From positions 3,038,001 through 3,102,000 of the forward strand of contig CAKKNE010000005.1 in assembly GCA_918797485.1 (NCBI GenBank): a stretch of 64,000 nt of DNA, given 5' to 3'. The DNA is from Pelagomonas calceolata (Eukaryota). The translations under genes and the position numbers were made by a program. Below the pieces are notes generated by a model, which was given only the letters and a program-made list of their open reading frames with translations, was not told the DNA's origin and did no database searches. This document shows positions 43,050-54,028 of the stretch, piece by piece (position 1 is the stretch's first letter; each line of letters starts with the position of its first letter).

Positions 43050-44135
43050 ATGACAGAGATCGTGGAGCTGACGCCGGGCCAAAGCGTCAAGGTCGCGACG
43101 AAGGAGCTGGTCGTGCGCGTCAAGGTCCGCGGGTACGGCCGCGGCCGGCTGACCGTCGAGGCGGTCGCGACGGGCGGACTGTTCGCCTCCGCGTCAAAAT
43201 CGGGCCCGGATGCATGCGATTGGACCGCGAGTCAACGAGCTGTTGGCTGGCGGGTTGTGATCGAGCCGCAGTGGTGGGTCCACGCGAGCGACTTCTGTTT
43301 CGTGCGCTTCGGGTTTGCTGGTCCGTCGCCGGTGTCCCTTCAAACGCCATCGACGCGACTCGTCACTCTCACCGCCAGTTTTCGCGCAGCTCATGCCCGC
43401 GACCCGGCCGCGCCGGACTATCTTGGCGTGGAGTTTGAACCACTGACGTTGGAAGCAACGCAGTTCTCCGTGGCCGTGGCATACGAGTCGGAGGAGTCTC
43501 AGATGCCGGCGGACCTCCGAGAGGCGTATCGCGCATGGCACCAAGCCGTGACTGAGACAGAGATCGTCTCCTCGACGCTCGTGCTCGCGGGCCGGCGCGC
43601 CCTGGGACGGGAAAAGGACCAGGAGCTGACGTACGGCGAAGTCTTGTTCCGGCCCTTCCACCGCCTGCTGGATGAAGTCGTGAAGCCGCGGCCGGGCGAG
43701 GTCTTCGTGGACCTCGGGTCGGGCACGGGGCGGGCGGTGTTCGTCGCTGCGTTGTGTTGGCCCGCGCTCGCCGCGTGCAAGGGCTACGAGGTCTCGCCGC
43801 CGCTTCATTCTGATGCGGCGCGGTGCCACGGGGAGCTCTCAGGTTCGGTGATGGCGCCGGTCGAGCTGCACTGCGCCGACGTCCTACGAAGAGACGACTG
43901 GGCGGCCGCGGACATCGTGTGGATCGCGTCCGTCTGCCTCTCTGATGGGACGCTGCGGGCGATCGCCGCGCGGCTCGTCTCCTTGAAGCCCGGCGCGCGC
44001 GTAGTCCATATGACGGAGCACTTCCTCCGCGACGACGACGCCTTCGAACGCGTGGCGGAGGATCCGATCCTCGTGGAGATGAGTTTCGGCGTGACGGGGG
44101 TGTTCGTGGCGCGGCGGCGCGGGCCGAGTGAGTGA
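43050..44135 (+). CDS. DOT1-like SAM-dependent methyltransferase (exon structure uncertain)
   Basis: LTYGEV, VFVDLGSGTGRAV, GYE, LKPGARVV; probable small intron near 43302-43389. Confidence 0.75.
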   Translation: MTEIVELTPGQSVKVATKELVVRVKVRGYGRGRLTVEAVATGGLFASASKSGPDACDWTASQRAVGWRVVIEPQWWVHASDFCFVRFGFAGPSPVSLQTPSTRLVTLTASFRAAHARDPAAPDYLGVEFEPLTLEATQFSVAVAYESEESQMPADLREAYRAWHQAVTETEIVSSTLVLAGRRALGREKDQELTYGEVLFRPFHRLLDEVVKPRPGEVFVDLGSGTGRAVFVAALCWPALAACKGYEVSPPLHSDAARCHGELSGSVMAPVELHCADVLRRDDWAAADIVWIASVCLSDGTLRAIAARLVSLKPGARVVHMTEHFLRDDDAFERVAEDPILVEMSFGVTGVFVARRRGPSE

Positions 44136-44670
44136 TTCCCGCATCACCCGCCACGCCATCGAGCAGGCGCAGGCCCGGGGGCAACGTCGCGTCGATGGCG
44201 TTGCGGTTTAAGTAGCTGTTTGTTGCACTTTGGTTTACCGCGGTCTAGCGCGTCGCTGCGCGTGCCCGCCATCCACGTTCAGCTGTCCGCAGGCATCCAG
44301 GATGCGGGCACGGGGTCCTGTTTCGGTACAAGGGGGCTATTGTGGCCCGTTTGGGGAAGTTGTTTCATGTTCAAAATAGGGGTGTTCTTTGGAGTTCGAT
44401 AAGATTTCTCCAAACTCTAGAGCTCGAACCTAGCTGAAGCAAGAGCATTACCCAAACAAGTGAAGCACATCGCATCGCTGCATTTGAACGTCGCACGCCT
44501 TCGCGTTACACGACCAACAACATTGCAGCGAGGACTATCGCTGCGGGCCACGCGTACGCTCGCGACAAAAAATTTGGCTGCGAGCTCTCACAACAGTACA
44601 TTGCTGCGAGCACACGCGCAGCACCACAAACAGCAAGAAGCACAACAAAAACTACTCAAGAGGATAAGAA

Positions 44671-47226
44671 ATGGCCGCAAACAACTTCACCGAAGCCACG
44701 TCGAAGACGCTGAACGCCGCCGTAGAGCTCGCGACGAGCAAAGGCCACGCCCTCGTCGAGCCGGCGCACGTCGCGGCGAAACTATTCGCCAGCGGCGAGC
44801 TGGGCGACCGCGTCGCGAAGAAGGCCGGCGTCGACGCGGCCGCGCTGCGCGACCGCTTGGCCGCGGCCGTCGACGCGCGGCCGGCGCAGTCGCCGCGGCC
44901 GCCCTCGGCATCGCCGTCCACCGATTTGCGCAAGGCGCTGGAGAGCGCAGCTAAAATAGCTGAAAAACAAGGCGACACCTTGATTGCGCAAGACACGCTC
45001 GCGCTGGCGCTCTTCGACGACAGAAAAGTGAAACAAGCAGTAGGCGACGTCGCCGCGATGCGCGAAGCGATCAAGGCGATGCGCTGCGGCCGCAAGGTCG
45101 ACTCCGAGCACGCCGAGTCGTCGTTTGATGCCTTGGAGAAGTACGGCTACGACCTCGTTGCGGCGGCGGCCGACGGCAAGATCGATCCCGTCGTGGGGCG
45201 GGACGACGAGATCCGCCGCGCGGTCCAGATTCTGGCGCGAAGAACTAAAAATAACCCATGCCTCGTGGGCGAGCCGGGCGTCGGCAAGACGGCCATCGCC
45301 GAAGGGCTGGCTTTGCGCATCGTCGAGGACGACGTGCCCGAGAGCCTCAGAGGCGTCGGCCTGCGGACGCTGGACCTCGGCGCGCTCGTGGCTGGAGCTA
45401 AATATAGAGGCGAGTTCGAAGAGAGGTTAAAGTCCGTGCTCGCGGAAGTGAAGGCCGCGCCGGCGCCGGGCGTCATTCTGTTTATTGATGAAATTCACAC
45501 GGTGCTCGGCGCTGGAAAGACCGACGGCGCCATGGACGCCGCGAACTTATTGAAGCCACTCTTGGCCAGAGGTGAGCTGCGCGTCGTGGGCGCGACGACC
45601 TGCGACGAGTACCGCGAGCACGTCGAGAAGGACTCGGCCTTTGAAAGGCGCTTCCAGAAGGTGTCCGTCGGCGAACCGTCGGTCGACGCGACGGTGTCGA
45701 TTTTGAGAGGCCTCCGGGAGCGCTACGAGGCGCACCACGGCGTGTCCATTCACGACGCTGCTCTTGTGTCCGCCGCCCAACTTGCGGGCCGCTACATCAC
45801 GGGCCGCTTCCTGCCTGATAAGGCAATTGACGTCGTCGACGAGGCCGCGGCCGCGCGGCGCGTCCAGCTCGACTCGAAGCCCGAGGAGCTCGACGCGCTT
45901 GAAAGACGCGCTGCCGCTTTAGAAGTCGAGGCCGTGTCGCTGAAGCGCGAGAAAGATAAGGCGTCGAAGAAGCGCCTGTCGGAGGTGCAACAGCTCCTCG
46001 AGAATCTGAGAGACGTGGAAATTGCACCCTTACAGGCGCGCTGGGACGCGGAGCGCGCCAAAGCTGATGAACACAAGGACGCGCAAGAAAAGCTCGAGCG
46101 CCTCAAGGCGAAGGCCGCGGCGGCGCGTAGACAAGGCGACTACGAACGGCTCGCCGACTTGGAGTACGGCGCGATCCCCGAGCTCGAGAAAAAATTACAA
46201 CAGCTCGCCGAGAACGCCATGGACGTCGACTCCGAGGACAAGATGGTGTCAGATGTTGTTACTGTGGATGACGTCGCGGCCGTGGTCGCGCGCTGGACAG
46301 GCGTGCCCGTTTCTAAATTAGCCGAGAGCGAGCGGTCCAAGCTACTCGCTTTGGCGCATCGCCTGAAGGAACGGGTCGTGGGCCAGGACAAAGCATTGGA
46401 AGACGTGTCCGCGGCGATCGTGCGCGCCCGGGCTGGTTTAGCACGGCCCGACGCTCCGCTGGGCTCGTTTCTGTTTTGCGGGCCGACCGGAGTAGGAAAA
46501 ACGGAAACGGCCAAGGCCCTGGCGTCGGAGCTGTTTGATGACCCGAAGCATGCTTTGGTGCGGCTCGACATGAGCGAGTACTCGGAGGCGCACTCCGTCA
46601 GCCGCTTAGTCGGGGCTCCTCCCGGATACGTGGGCCACGACAAGGGCGGGCAGCTCACGGAGGCCGTGCGCAAGCGGCCCTTCTGCGTCGTGCTGCTGGA
46701 CGAGATCGAGAAGGCCCACTCTGCCGTTATTAGGGTGTTGTTACAGTTGCTCGACGACGGTAGGCTGACGGACTCGCGCGGCCGCGTCGTGGACTTCACC
46801 CAGTGCGTCGTTATTATGACTAGTAATGTTGGAGCTACCGGCGACCTCCAGAACGCGTTGCGAGCTGCCTTCCCGCCGGAATTCATCAATAGGCTGTCCT
46901 CCGTTTGTTCGTTCACGTCTCTGTCGAAGGCGAACCTGAGGCTCATTGTGCACAAAGCCGTACGTGCAACGCGGGCGCGGCTCGCGGCGGCGGCGGACGC
47001 CGACCTACGCCTCAGTGATACTGCGGCGGACCACATCCTGAGAGAGAGCTACGACCCGGCCTACGGCGCGCGGCCCGTCGAGAGATATGTCGAGACCGTT
47101 TTGGTCACGGAATTGTCGCGCCTGCTCCTCGGCGGAGGCGTCCCGAGAGGCTCGGTCGTCCACGTCGACCACGCCATGGGCGAGCTGACCTACCTGGTCC
47201 GGACCACGTCCACGGCCGGCGGCTAG
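44671..47226 (+). CDS. HSP101: ClpB/HSP101 disaggregase (cytosolic type)
   Basis: [29 protein letters not shown], coiled-coil M domain, [26 protein letters not shown]. Confidence 0.95.
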   Translation: MAANNFTEATSKTLNAAVELATSKGHALVEPAHVAAKLFASGELGDRVAKKAGVDAAALRDRLAAAVDARPAQSPRPPSASPSTDLRKALESAAKIAEKQGDTLIAQDTLALALFDDRKVKQAVGDVAAMREAIKAMRCGRKVDSEHAESSFDALEKYGYDLVAAAADGKIDPVVGRDDEIRRAVQILARRTKNNPCLVGEPGVGKTAIAEGLALRIVEDDVPESLRGVGLRTLDLGALVAGAKYRGEFEERLKSVLAEVKAAPAPGVILFIDEIHTVLGAGKTDGAMDAANLLKPLLARGELRVVGATTCDEYREHVEKDSAFERRFQKVSVGEPSVDATVSILRGLRERYEAHHGVSIHDAALVSAAQLAGRYITGRFLPDKAIDVVDEAAAARRVQLDSKPEELDALERRAAALEVEAVSLKREKDKASKKRLSEVQQLLENLRDVEIAPLQARWDAERAKADEHKDAQEKLERLKAKAAAARRQGDYERLADLEYGAIPELEKKLQQLAENAMDVDSEDKMVSDVVTVDDVAAVVARWTGVPVSKLAESERSKLLALAHRLKERVVGQDKALEDVSAAIVRARAGLARPDAPLGSFLFCGPTGVGKTETAKALASELFDDPKHALVRLDMSEYSEAHSVSRLVGAPPGYVGHDKGGQLTEAVRKRPFCVVLLDEIEKAHSAVIRVLLQLLDDGRLTDSRGRVVDFTQCVVIMTSNVGATGDLQNALRAAFPPEFINRLSSVCSFTSLSKANLRLIVHKAVRATRARLAAAADADLRLSDTAADHILRESYDPAYGARPVERYVETVLVTELSRLLLGGGVPRGSVVHVDHAMGELTYLVRTTSTAGG

Positions 47227-47388
47227 GGAGCTGCCACCCCATGTCCCCTGTCCCCAGAGAGAGACCCATTCCCTGGATTTTGTGAAGCCCCGCCCCAAGT
47301 TCATAAGAAACACGAAAATCTAGTAGTCTTCGCGGCGACTCGGACACAAGGAACTTGGAAAAGAAGAGCATAGTTAGTAGAAGTGAGC

Positions 47389-48483
47389 TCACTTGCGCTC
47401 GCGGCTGCGCGACCGCGACCGCGAACGAGAACGAGAGCGCGACGGCGAGCGGCTGCTCGAGTCGTCGTTGGACGCGGCCTTGACCTTGGCCGGCGTGAGC
47501 AGCGAGGGCTCCTTGCCGGGCGGCGGGGGCAGCGACTGGAGGCTGTCCAGCGGCGCCGGCTTCTTCGCCGCGAGCGCCGCGAGGAGGGCCTCCTTCGTGG
47601 ACGGGGCCTCGGCCGCCGGCGCGGGCGCGGCGGCCGGCGCCGGCGCCGCGGGCGCCGGAGCCGCCGCGGGCACGAACGTCGGCGCGGACGGCGCGGGCGC
47701 CGGCGCGCTGATCGTCGAGTCCTTGCCGATCGTCTGGGCGTCGGCCGTCCGCGGCGCGTTGCAGCGCTTGCACTCCGTGCGCCACTGGAAGTTGTGGTTG
47801 CCGCAGCTCGCGCAGAGCCAGTCGCCGGGCACGTACGCCGCGGCGCCTCCAGCAACAGGTCCGGACGGCGCCGCGGAGATCACGAGGTTCCCGCCCGGCG
47901 GCGCCGCGGCGCCCGGCGGCAGCGCCAGGGGCGTCAGCGCCGGCGCCGCGCCCGCACTTTGACGGCCGCGCGGCACCCACTGGCCCTGGCTCCGCTCGTC
48001 GATCGTCGTCGACGTCGTCGACCGCGGCGTGCCGCACCGCCGGCACTCGCGCCTTCTGGCAAAGTTGTTGTTCTCGCACACGTCGCAGATCCAGTCGCCG
48101 GGCATGAGGCTCGTGTTGCCGCCGGCGCCGCCCTGCATGGGGTTGACGCCCGTCGGCATGCCGAACTGCTGGTTCGTCGAGGGCCCGCTGAAGCGGTTGT
48201 TGGGCCGCGGCCAGGCGGGCTGCATGCCGTACATCGGCGGCGGGTAGCCCATGGGCGCGTAGCCGTAGCCCATCGGCGGGCCGTACTGGCCCACCTGCAT
48301 CGGCGGCATGCCGTAGCCATATCCCTGCGGTTGTCCGTAAGCCCCCGCGGGCGCCCCGTACCCATACTGCGGCGCCCCGCCGCCCTGGCCGTATTGTCCC
48401 GGCGCCCCGCCCGGTCCGTACTGCCCCGACGCCCCGCCCTGGGACGCCCCGCCCGCCCCGCCTCCCCCAGGAGGCTGCTGCAT
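47389..48483 (-). CDS. RanBP2-type zinc-finger (x2) RNA-binding protein with RS tail
   Basis: PGDWICDVCENNNFARRRECRRC and PGDWLCASCGNHNFQWRTECKRC; G/Y/Q-rich N-terminus; RSRSRS C-terminus. Confidence 0.85.
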   Translation of the reverse strand: MQQPPGGGGAGGASQGGASGQYGPGGAPGQYGQGGGAPQYGYGAPAGAYGQPQGYGYGMPPMQVGQYGPPMGYGYAPMGYPPPMYGMQPAWPRPNNRFSGPSTNQQFGMPTGVNPMQGGAGGNTSLMPGDWICDVCENNNFARRRECRRCGTPRSTTSTTIDERSQGQWVPRGRQSAGAAPALTPLALPPGAAAPPGGNLVISAAPSGPVAGGAAAYVPGDWLCASCGNHNFQWRTECKRCNAPRTADAQTIGKDSTISAPAPAPSAPTFVPAAAPAPAAPAPAAAPAPAAEAPSTKEALLAALAAKKPAPLDSLQSLPPPPGKEPSLLTPAKVKAASNDDSSSRSPSRSRSRSRSRSRSRERK

Positions 48484-48907
48484 CCTTGTCTGATGTGCTC
48501 TGGGAAGCCCTCCCTGGGGCCCCTGTCTTGGAGAAACCCTCGCCTTGAGAGCTGCTGGACCCTGGCGCACGCACGCGCTGTCCGCAACTCAGGATTGATG
48601 TACGAGCTAGCCTTTGCGCCGAGCTATTCCAGCGCGCGTCGATATAGCGCGCTCGAAATCGCGCGACGGGGCGAAGAACCTAGATGATAGACACTAGACT
48701 CGATTTTCGGATCGCTGGCACCACTACACAAGTCGGTCGGCGGCCCAGGGCGACGAGTCGAGGAGGCGTGCCCCATCCTCGCGATCTCCAGGAGCGCGGG
48801 AGAGGAAGGACTTGGCTTCGGTCACTCCGGGAAGGGCGGCGGCGCGGGTTCCGCGCGTCTGGGTTGCAATCCGGGCTGCCGGAGGCTGCCCCAAGGCTGT
48901 GCGCAGC

Positions 48908-49381
48908 ATGCCTTCGCAAGAGTACGCCTACGACCCCACCTTAAAACGCGTCGTCTCCCAGGACAGGGTGGACAAGCAGAGGGACTGGCTCACGGCGACG
49001 ACCGAGGGCCTGAGCCGCGCCGGCGCCGACGCCCTCGACGCCGCGGGCCAGTCGATCAACCTCGCGCCGGCCGCGCACCGGCGCCACGAGTCGACGCCCG
49101 AGGTCCACGCCGACGACGAGGTCGAGGAGGACGACTACGCGCCCCTCTTCCCCGCGACGACGCAGGCGCTGGACGAGGCCGTCGTCGCGGTCGGCGACCG
49201 CGCGGCGCGGACGCGGCGCTGGCTCTTTCCCCCGAAGAAGCTCGACGAGCCGCCGCCGCCGCCCCAGTTAAAGCACGCGCAGCCGGCGTGGTGGCCGCCC
49301 TCGTCGCCGCGCGGGCTCCACGCCGCCGAGGCGCCCTCACCAGACCAGTCGTGGTGGTGGGAGCGGCGGGGCCTCGCCTAG
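48908..49381 (+). CDS. Hypothetical protein
   Basis: ATG-initiated ORF MPSQEYAYDPT... with GC3-biased codons, divergent from the upstream gene. Confidence 0.55.
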   Translation: MPSQEYAYDPTLKRVVSQDRVDKQRDWLTATTEGLSRAGADALDAAGQSINLAPAAHRRHESTPEVHADDEVEEDDYAPLFPATTQALDEAVVAVGDRAARTRRWLFPPKKLDEPPPPPQLKHAQPAWWPPSSPRGLHAAEAPSPDQSWWWERRGLA

Positions 49382-49657
49382 CTGTGTAAATTCCTCTCAA
49401 GTTTAGAAAACCACAATGATCTTATTTGCACTATACAACTCTCTGGATAGGCAGCTGTTGCGGGGTGGTCGTTGGTCGGGGATGTTTTTTTCCAAAAAGG
49501 GGGATTGCGATGGTTGCCGAAAGGCGCCGTGGTAGGTCGGCGCCGCGCCGCCGCCCGTCGGTGAGCTCGGGGCGGGGGCGCGGCATCAGCACGTAGAGAG
49601 CTTGGGGTCTCAGCGGGGGATGTCATTCGAAGGGGAAGGGAATTGGTTCTGAAAAAT

Positions 49658-51274
49658 TCAGACGGCCGCCGCGGCGTCGGCGGCGGGAGCAGCATCGGGC
49701 GGGCCCTGGGCCGCGTCGCGGTCCTTGGCGAGCTTGTTGACGGCGCGCAGGATGGCGCGCGCGTCCTCCTCGGGCACGCCCATCTTGACGTAGTCCTCGA
49801 CGCCGTAGTGGAGGCGGCTCAGGTCGACGGGGTCCTCGGCCGGCTCCGCGGGCGGCGGTTCCAAGCCCGGCGGCGGCGGCGTCGGCGGCGACACCGTCGT
49901 GGGCGGCTCCTTGGGCGCGGGGACCGGCTTCTCCGCGGGCGGCGGCGCGGCCGCCGGCGCGGGCGGCGGCACGGCCGGCGGCGGCGCCGAGGGCGCCGGC
50001 GGGAAGGCCTGGGGCTGCAGCAGGGCCGGCGGCGACAGCGGCGGCACGGGCGGCGGCGCGCCGGGCTGCCAGGGCGGCGCGCCGCCCGAGAGGTCGAGGG
50101 TCCCCATCATCGCGCCCATCGCGTTCATCGGCGCGAAGGGCCGCGGCGGGCTGCCGGGCTGGCCGGGGTAGGGCGGCCGCGGCGGCGGCGGCCCGCCCTG
50201 CTGGCGCATGGCGTGCTGTAAAGCAGCTAGACCCGGCGACGGCATCTGCCCGGGGTACTGGTTCGGGAACGCCGGCGGGATGGCCGTGAGGCGCGGCGCG
50301 TTGTAGTGCGGAATGGTCAAACCTTGGGCCGCGGCGGCCTCGACCTGGCGCTGCGTCGTCTCATTCGCTCTTCGAGAGACGTACTGCTGGAACTCCGTGT
50401 GGTAGCGCGTGTCGTGCGACGTCTGGCCGCACAACGCGCAACAAACTAAAGCAGAGCAGCGCCGCGGGTGGACCCTCCGGCAGTTGCGCCAGCCGCACTT
50501 GAAGCACATGGCGACGATATCATTATCGTCGCCCGGTCTTACGGAGGCCCAGTCGTGGACGCCGATGCAGCCGCCGTCGTACCTCGCGCACGGCGAGTCG
50601 CGCGGTCTTATCAACGCGAGCTTGAAGCCCCGCTCCGCCAGGCGCGCGAAGGCTAAACCGAACTGCTCCCGGGGCGCGCCGCCTAGAGCAACGACTAAGA
50701 TCGGAGCCTTCTCGTCCTTGCGGTTCGTGGCATGATCTAAAGCGTAGTCGAAGAGGTCGACAATAATAGGCGAGCGGTCCGTCATGCCCGCCGGGCCCGT
50801 GTCGATCAATAGCACACCAGCAGCTTGGAGGCCGGCTCTCGTGATGGCCGGCAGCGCCGCAACGTCCCCATAGGCCCGCGCACTTCTCACGTCGCCGTAC
50901 AACGATCTAACAGATTGTTTCACGCCCTTGCCCGCGTCCGTGCCGCCCGGCCGGCACCCAGCTAAATCCCAGAACAGGACGCAGCCCGCGCCGCCCGGCG
51001 GCGGCCCCGGGCCCAAGGCTTGGGCGTCGGGCACCTGGTTGGGGCCGATCCATTGGTTCGGTTGACTGCCCATGGGCGGCGGGCCGCCGACGGCGAGCGT
51101 CGGGTCGGCCGAGGGCTTCCACTCCTTGTCGGGGCCGGGCGCGTCCTTGGGCGGGGGGAAGCTCGAGAAGGCGCCGCCCGCCACGCCCGGCGGTAAAGCA
51201 GGCGCAGGCGCGTCCTCGTTCTTGGGCGCGTCGCCCCAGAGGCCCTGGCCCGGGACGAACTCGCGGGCGTACAT
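49658..51274 (-). CDS. NYN-domain-like (limkain-b1/MARF1 type) protein with Cys/His cluster and SAM-like tail
   Basis: CVLFWDLAGC..P, RAYGD, GLQAAGVLLID, IIVDLFDYALD; CFKC...CALC...H; AREFVP at the N-terminus. Confidence 0.65.
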   Translation of the reverse strand: MYAREFVPGQGLWGDAPKNEDAPAPALPPGVAGGAFSSFPPPKDAPGPDKEWKPSADPTLAVGGPPPMGSQPNQWIGPNQVPDAQALGPGPPPGGAGCVLFWDLAGCRPGGTDAGKGVKQSVRSLYGDVRSARAYGDVAALPAITRAGLQAAGVLLIDTGPAGMTDRSPIIVDLFDYALDHATNRKDEKAPILVVALGGAPREQFGLAFARLAERGFKLALIRPRDSPCARYDGGCIGVHDWASVRPGDDNDIVAMCFKCGWRNCRRVHPRRCSALVCCALCGQTSHDTRYHTEFQQYVSRRANETTQRQVEAAAAQGLTIPHYNAPRLTAIPPAFPNQYPGQMPSPGLAALQHAMRQQGGPPPPRPPYPGQPGSPPRPFAPMNAMGAMMGTLDLSGGAPPWQPGAPPPVPPLSPPALLQPQAFPPAPSAPPPAVPPPAPAAAPPPAEKPVPAPKEPPTTVSPPTPPPPGLEPPPAEPAEDPVDLSRLHYGVEDYVKMGVPEEDARAILRAVNKLAKDRDAAQGPPDAAPAADAAAAV

Positions 51275-51307
51275 GCCGTTTATTAGTATGGGTGTGGCAC
51301 CACCGAC

Positions 51308-51525
51308 GCCTCGGGGCTGCCTCGCCCTTCGCGCGGCTGCGGGCCCGCGCGCCTTCGGGCGCCGGGAACACGCGGCGGCGGCTTCGGGGCTGCCTTGCCC
51401 TTCGCGCGGCTGCGGACCGCGCCTTCGGGCGCCGGGAACACGCGGCGGCGGCTTCGGGGCTGCCTCGCCCTTCGCACGGCCGCGGGCCGGCGCGCCTTTG
51501 GGCGCCGGGGGCGCGGTGGCGGCGA
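51308..51525. repeat. Tandem repeat, ~70-bp unit, about 3 copies, upstream of the NYN-like gene
   Basis: GCTTCGGGGCTGCCT(C/T)GCCCTTCGC...GCGCCTTCGGGCGCCGGGAACACGCGGCGGCG repeated. Confidence 0.8.
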
Positions 51526-52047
51526 GCGGGGCTTCCGCGGGCGCCGGGGCTCCGCGGGGCGGGACGGGGCTGCCTACGCTGGATTGCGGGCGCTCGCAAG
51601 CGCAAAGCTCACCCAGGTCCTAGTAGGTAGAAATCGAGGCTGATGCGAACTTGAGCCCCAACTTGAGGTTCTGGCATCAGATCGATGGTGTGCGTCCGGC
51701 CGGGGCGCACGGCGGTTCGCGGACGCCTCCGGAGCCGGTGATGGACTTTTTCGTCTGCTGGTTGGTTCCGAGGAGACTCCGGGCCCAGAGCCCTCCTGCC
51801 TCTCGCGATCGACACGTCTCCCGGCCGTGCTCGGAGGCTTGCAGACGCTTCCGAGGGTGCCCGGGTGCCTGTGCCGCAGAGCGCCGCAGAGTGGCAGCGC
51901 CTCCCAATCGGCTGCCCAGCGAGGACTGTGATCGTCCGGGAGTGACGCATCACAATATACAATCCATGACTCCTTTCCCAGCATTCGCGCCGGAACGGCG
52001 ACGAGACCGGACTCCGCACTGAGCCCCCTCCCTGCCTCTCACGGAGC

Positions 52048-52785
52048 ATGGCTACTACTGCCGACGCGCGGGCGGCCGCCGCCCTCTTCCAGGCGCGGCT
52101 GAAGCCTGGCACCCGCGTCCAGGCGCGCTACAACGACGGCTCCGGCAAACTCCAGTGGTACGATGCTGTGGTCGTCGTCGGCAGCGCGACGAACGGCAGC
52201 GACGTGCGCGTGCGGTGGATGGGCTATGGCACCGTCGACGCGGTATCCGCGGCGGCCGTGCGGCCGCCGCCGCCGCTGCCGGCCGGCTGGCTCGAGAGCA
52301 CGGACGAAGAGAGCGGGTTCCCCTACTACGAGAACGCGACGACGGGCGAGACGACGTGGGCGCGGCCGGCGCCGCCGCGGCGGCCGGCGCTGCCGAAACG
52401 CGCGGTCGTGCCACACCTACGCGCGGCGGCGGCGGTGGTCGGCGGTGTGCGCGCCGGAGCCGCGGCCTCGCCTTACGCTGGCGCCGCGGCGACAGCGCCG
52501 CGAGCGGGCGCGCGTGCCGTGGTCACCTCGCCGGAGCCCGTGGCGACCGTCGGGGGCTTCGCTTCCAAAAAGAATCGCCGGGCCATTACGAGTGCCGCGG
52601 CGAATTCGCCCGTAGCAATCGTGGGCGGATTTGCGTCGAAGGCGAACCGCCAGGCGATCCGCCGGTCGCGCGCCCTGACTTCGAACATGACTCCCGAGCA
52701 AATCGCGGCCATGGTCGACGCCGCGCGGAGCAATGGGTTCGCGGGCGGCTGTGGCGGCTGCGACTGCGGGGTCGCGGGGTGTTAA
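52048..52785 (+). CDS. Tudor + WW domain protein
   Basis: LKPGTRVQARY...WYDAVVV...VRVRWMGYGTVDAV; LPAGWLESTDEESGFPYYENATTGETTWARP. Confidence 0.8.
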   Translation: MATTADARAAAALFQARLKPGTRVQARYNDGSGKLQWYDAVVVVGSATNGSDVRVRWMGYGTVDAVSAAAVRPPPPLPAGWLESTDEESGFPYYENATTGETTWARPAPPRRPALPKRAVVPHLRAAAAVVGGVRAGAAASPYAGAAATAPRAGARAVVTSPEPVATVGGFASKKNRRAITSAAANSPVAIVGGFASKANRQAIRRSRALTSNMTPEQIAAMVDAARSNGFAGGCGGCDCGVAGC

Positions 52786-52928
52786 GATGAACTGTGTGTT
52801 GAAAACCCCACTCCAGGCTCTTACCCTATCCTCACCATCCGACCCGCACGGAGTCTCGCGCTCACATTTGATTTCATTCTGCCTGCTCACATAGGCGCTG
52901 CCCCCCCGTGGCATTTGTGGGTTTCAGC

Positions 52929-53327
52929 ATGTTTCACAGCGGCTTTGGCTACGGCTTTGGGTGCTTCGATGACAGAATCGACCGCAGTGGCTTTGCGGAG
53001 AAGTCGGCAGCGGCCCAGCGGCGAGAGGACGCGGCCAAGGAGGCGTTCAACAAGATCCGCGCCGAGACAGAAGCGAGCGCCACGAAGGACACCATCGTCG
53101 TCCAGCTCCTGAAGCCGTCGACGCACCTGACGCAGCCGTGCTGGTCGGCCTTCTCGAAGCACGTCCGCAGCTTCCCGGGCTGGACGCCGAAGCGCCGCGT
53201 CACGACGGCCGAGGAGAAGCGGCAGCACGGCGAAACGCGCCAAAACTTTATTATGCTCGATCACGCGCGCCCAAAAAAAGGCGGAAAAAATGCACAACGC
53301 CTGGGCGGTGGCCGTGGGCGAGCCTGA
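52929..53327 (+). CDS. Hypothetical protein overlapping the GT8 ORF
   Basis: Coding-biased ORF MFHSGFGYGFG...HLTQPCWSAFSKHVRSFPGW. Confidence 0.5.
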   Translation: MFHSGFGYGFGCFDDRIDRSGFAEKSAAAQRREDAAKEAFNKIRAETEASATKDTIVVQLLKPSTHLTQPCWSAFSKHVRSFPGWTPKRRVTTAEEKRQHGETRQNFIMLDHARPKKGGKNAQRLGGGRGRA

Positions 53328-54006
53328 TTTTGTCGCGATGGTCGCGGGGGACCTTGACGTCCAAGCGATCCGAAAGCGAATCGAAGGAATACCGTACGGC
53401 GGCGCCGTCGTCGTCAAACCCGTCGCGGACGTCGCGGGCCCGACCTTCGAGGGCTCGGAGCGCTTCCGGCACACCTACGCGAAGCTCCACGTCTTCAATC
53501 TGACGGCCTACGAGCGAGTCGTCTTCGTGGACGCCGACGCGGTCGTGCTCCGCGACGTCGCGGCGCTCTTTCTGCTCGACCGCGCGAGGTGGTGCGCGGC
53601 CGCGCCCGACCACGGCAATCGCCTCCGGGACGACCCGGTCGCGAAGTTTAACACGGGCGTCCTGTCCGTGGCGCCGAGTGCCGAACGATTCGCCAGGCTC
53701 CTCGCGCGCCTGAAGCGCTTCGAGCTCACGACCGGCCACGCCGCGGCCGGCTCCGACCAGGGCTTCCTCCAGCAGTTCTTCCGCGAAAATGAGGGCTTCC
53801 TGTTGCTCCCGCACGCCTACAACGTCCTCAAGCGCCGCGAGAAGAAGCTCGGAAAGTCGTTCCGCATCCAGGACGTCTTCGTCCTGCACCTCGTCGGCGG
53901 AAAGCCCTGGGAGCCGGGCGACCCGGGCGCGGGCGAGTACCCGCTCTCGCACGGCGCGTGGCACGCGATCCGGCGCGAGTGCGGGTTGCCGGACGACGGG
54001 TATTAA
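53290..54006 (+). CDS. GT8 glycogenin-like glycosyltransferase
   Basis: YAKLHVFNLTAYERVVFVDAD, FNTGVL, SDQGFL, YN, VLHLVGGKPW. Confidence 0.85.
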   Translation: MHNAWAVAVGEPDFVAMVAGDLDVQAIRKRIEGIPYGGAVVVKPVADVAGPTFEGSERFRHTYAKLHVFNLTAYERVVFVDADAVVLRDVAALFLLDRARWCAAAPDHGNRLRDDPVAKFNTGVLSVAPSAERFARLLARLKRFELTTGHAAAGSDQGFLQQFFRENEGFLLLPHAYNVLKRREKKLGKSFRIQDVFVLHLVGGKPWEPGDPGAGEYPLSHGAWHAIRRECGLPDDGY

Positions 54007-54028
54007 TTCACCACAACTTAGAACACAC

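Noticed and set aside
21502..47226. Proteostasis cluster (CAND1, RPT4, RPT1, HSP101)
   Set aside because: Interspersed with unrelated genes on both strands; chance co-location in a compact genome is sufficient
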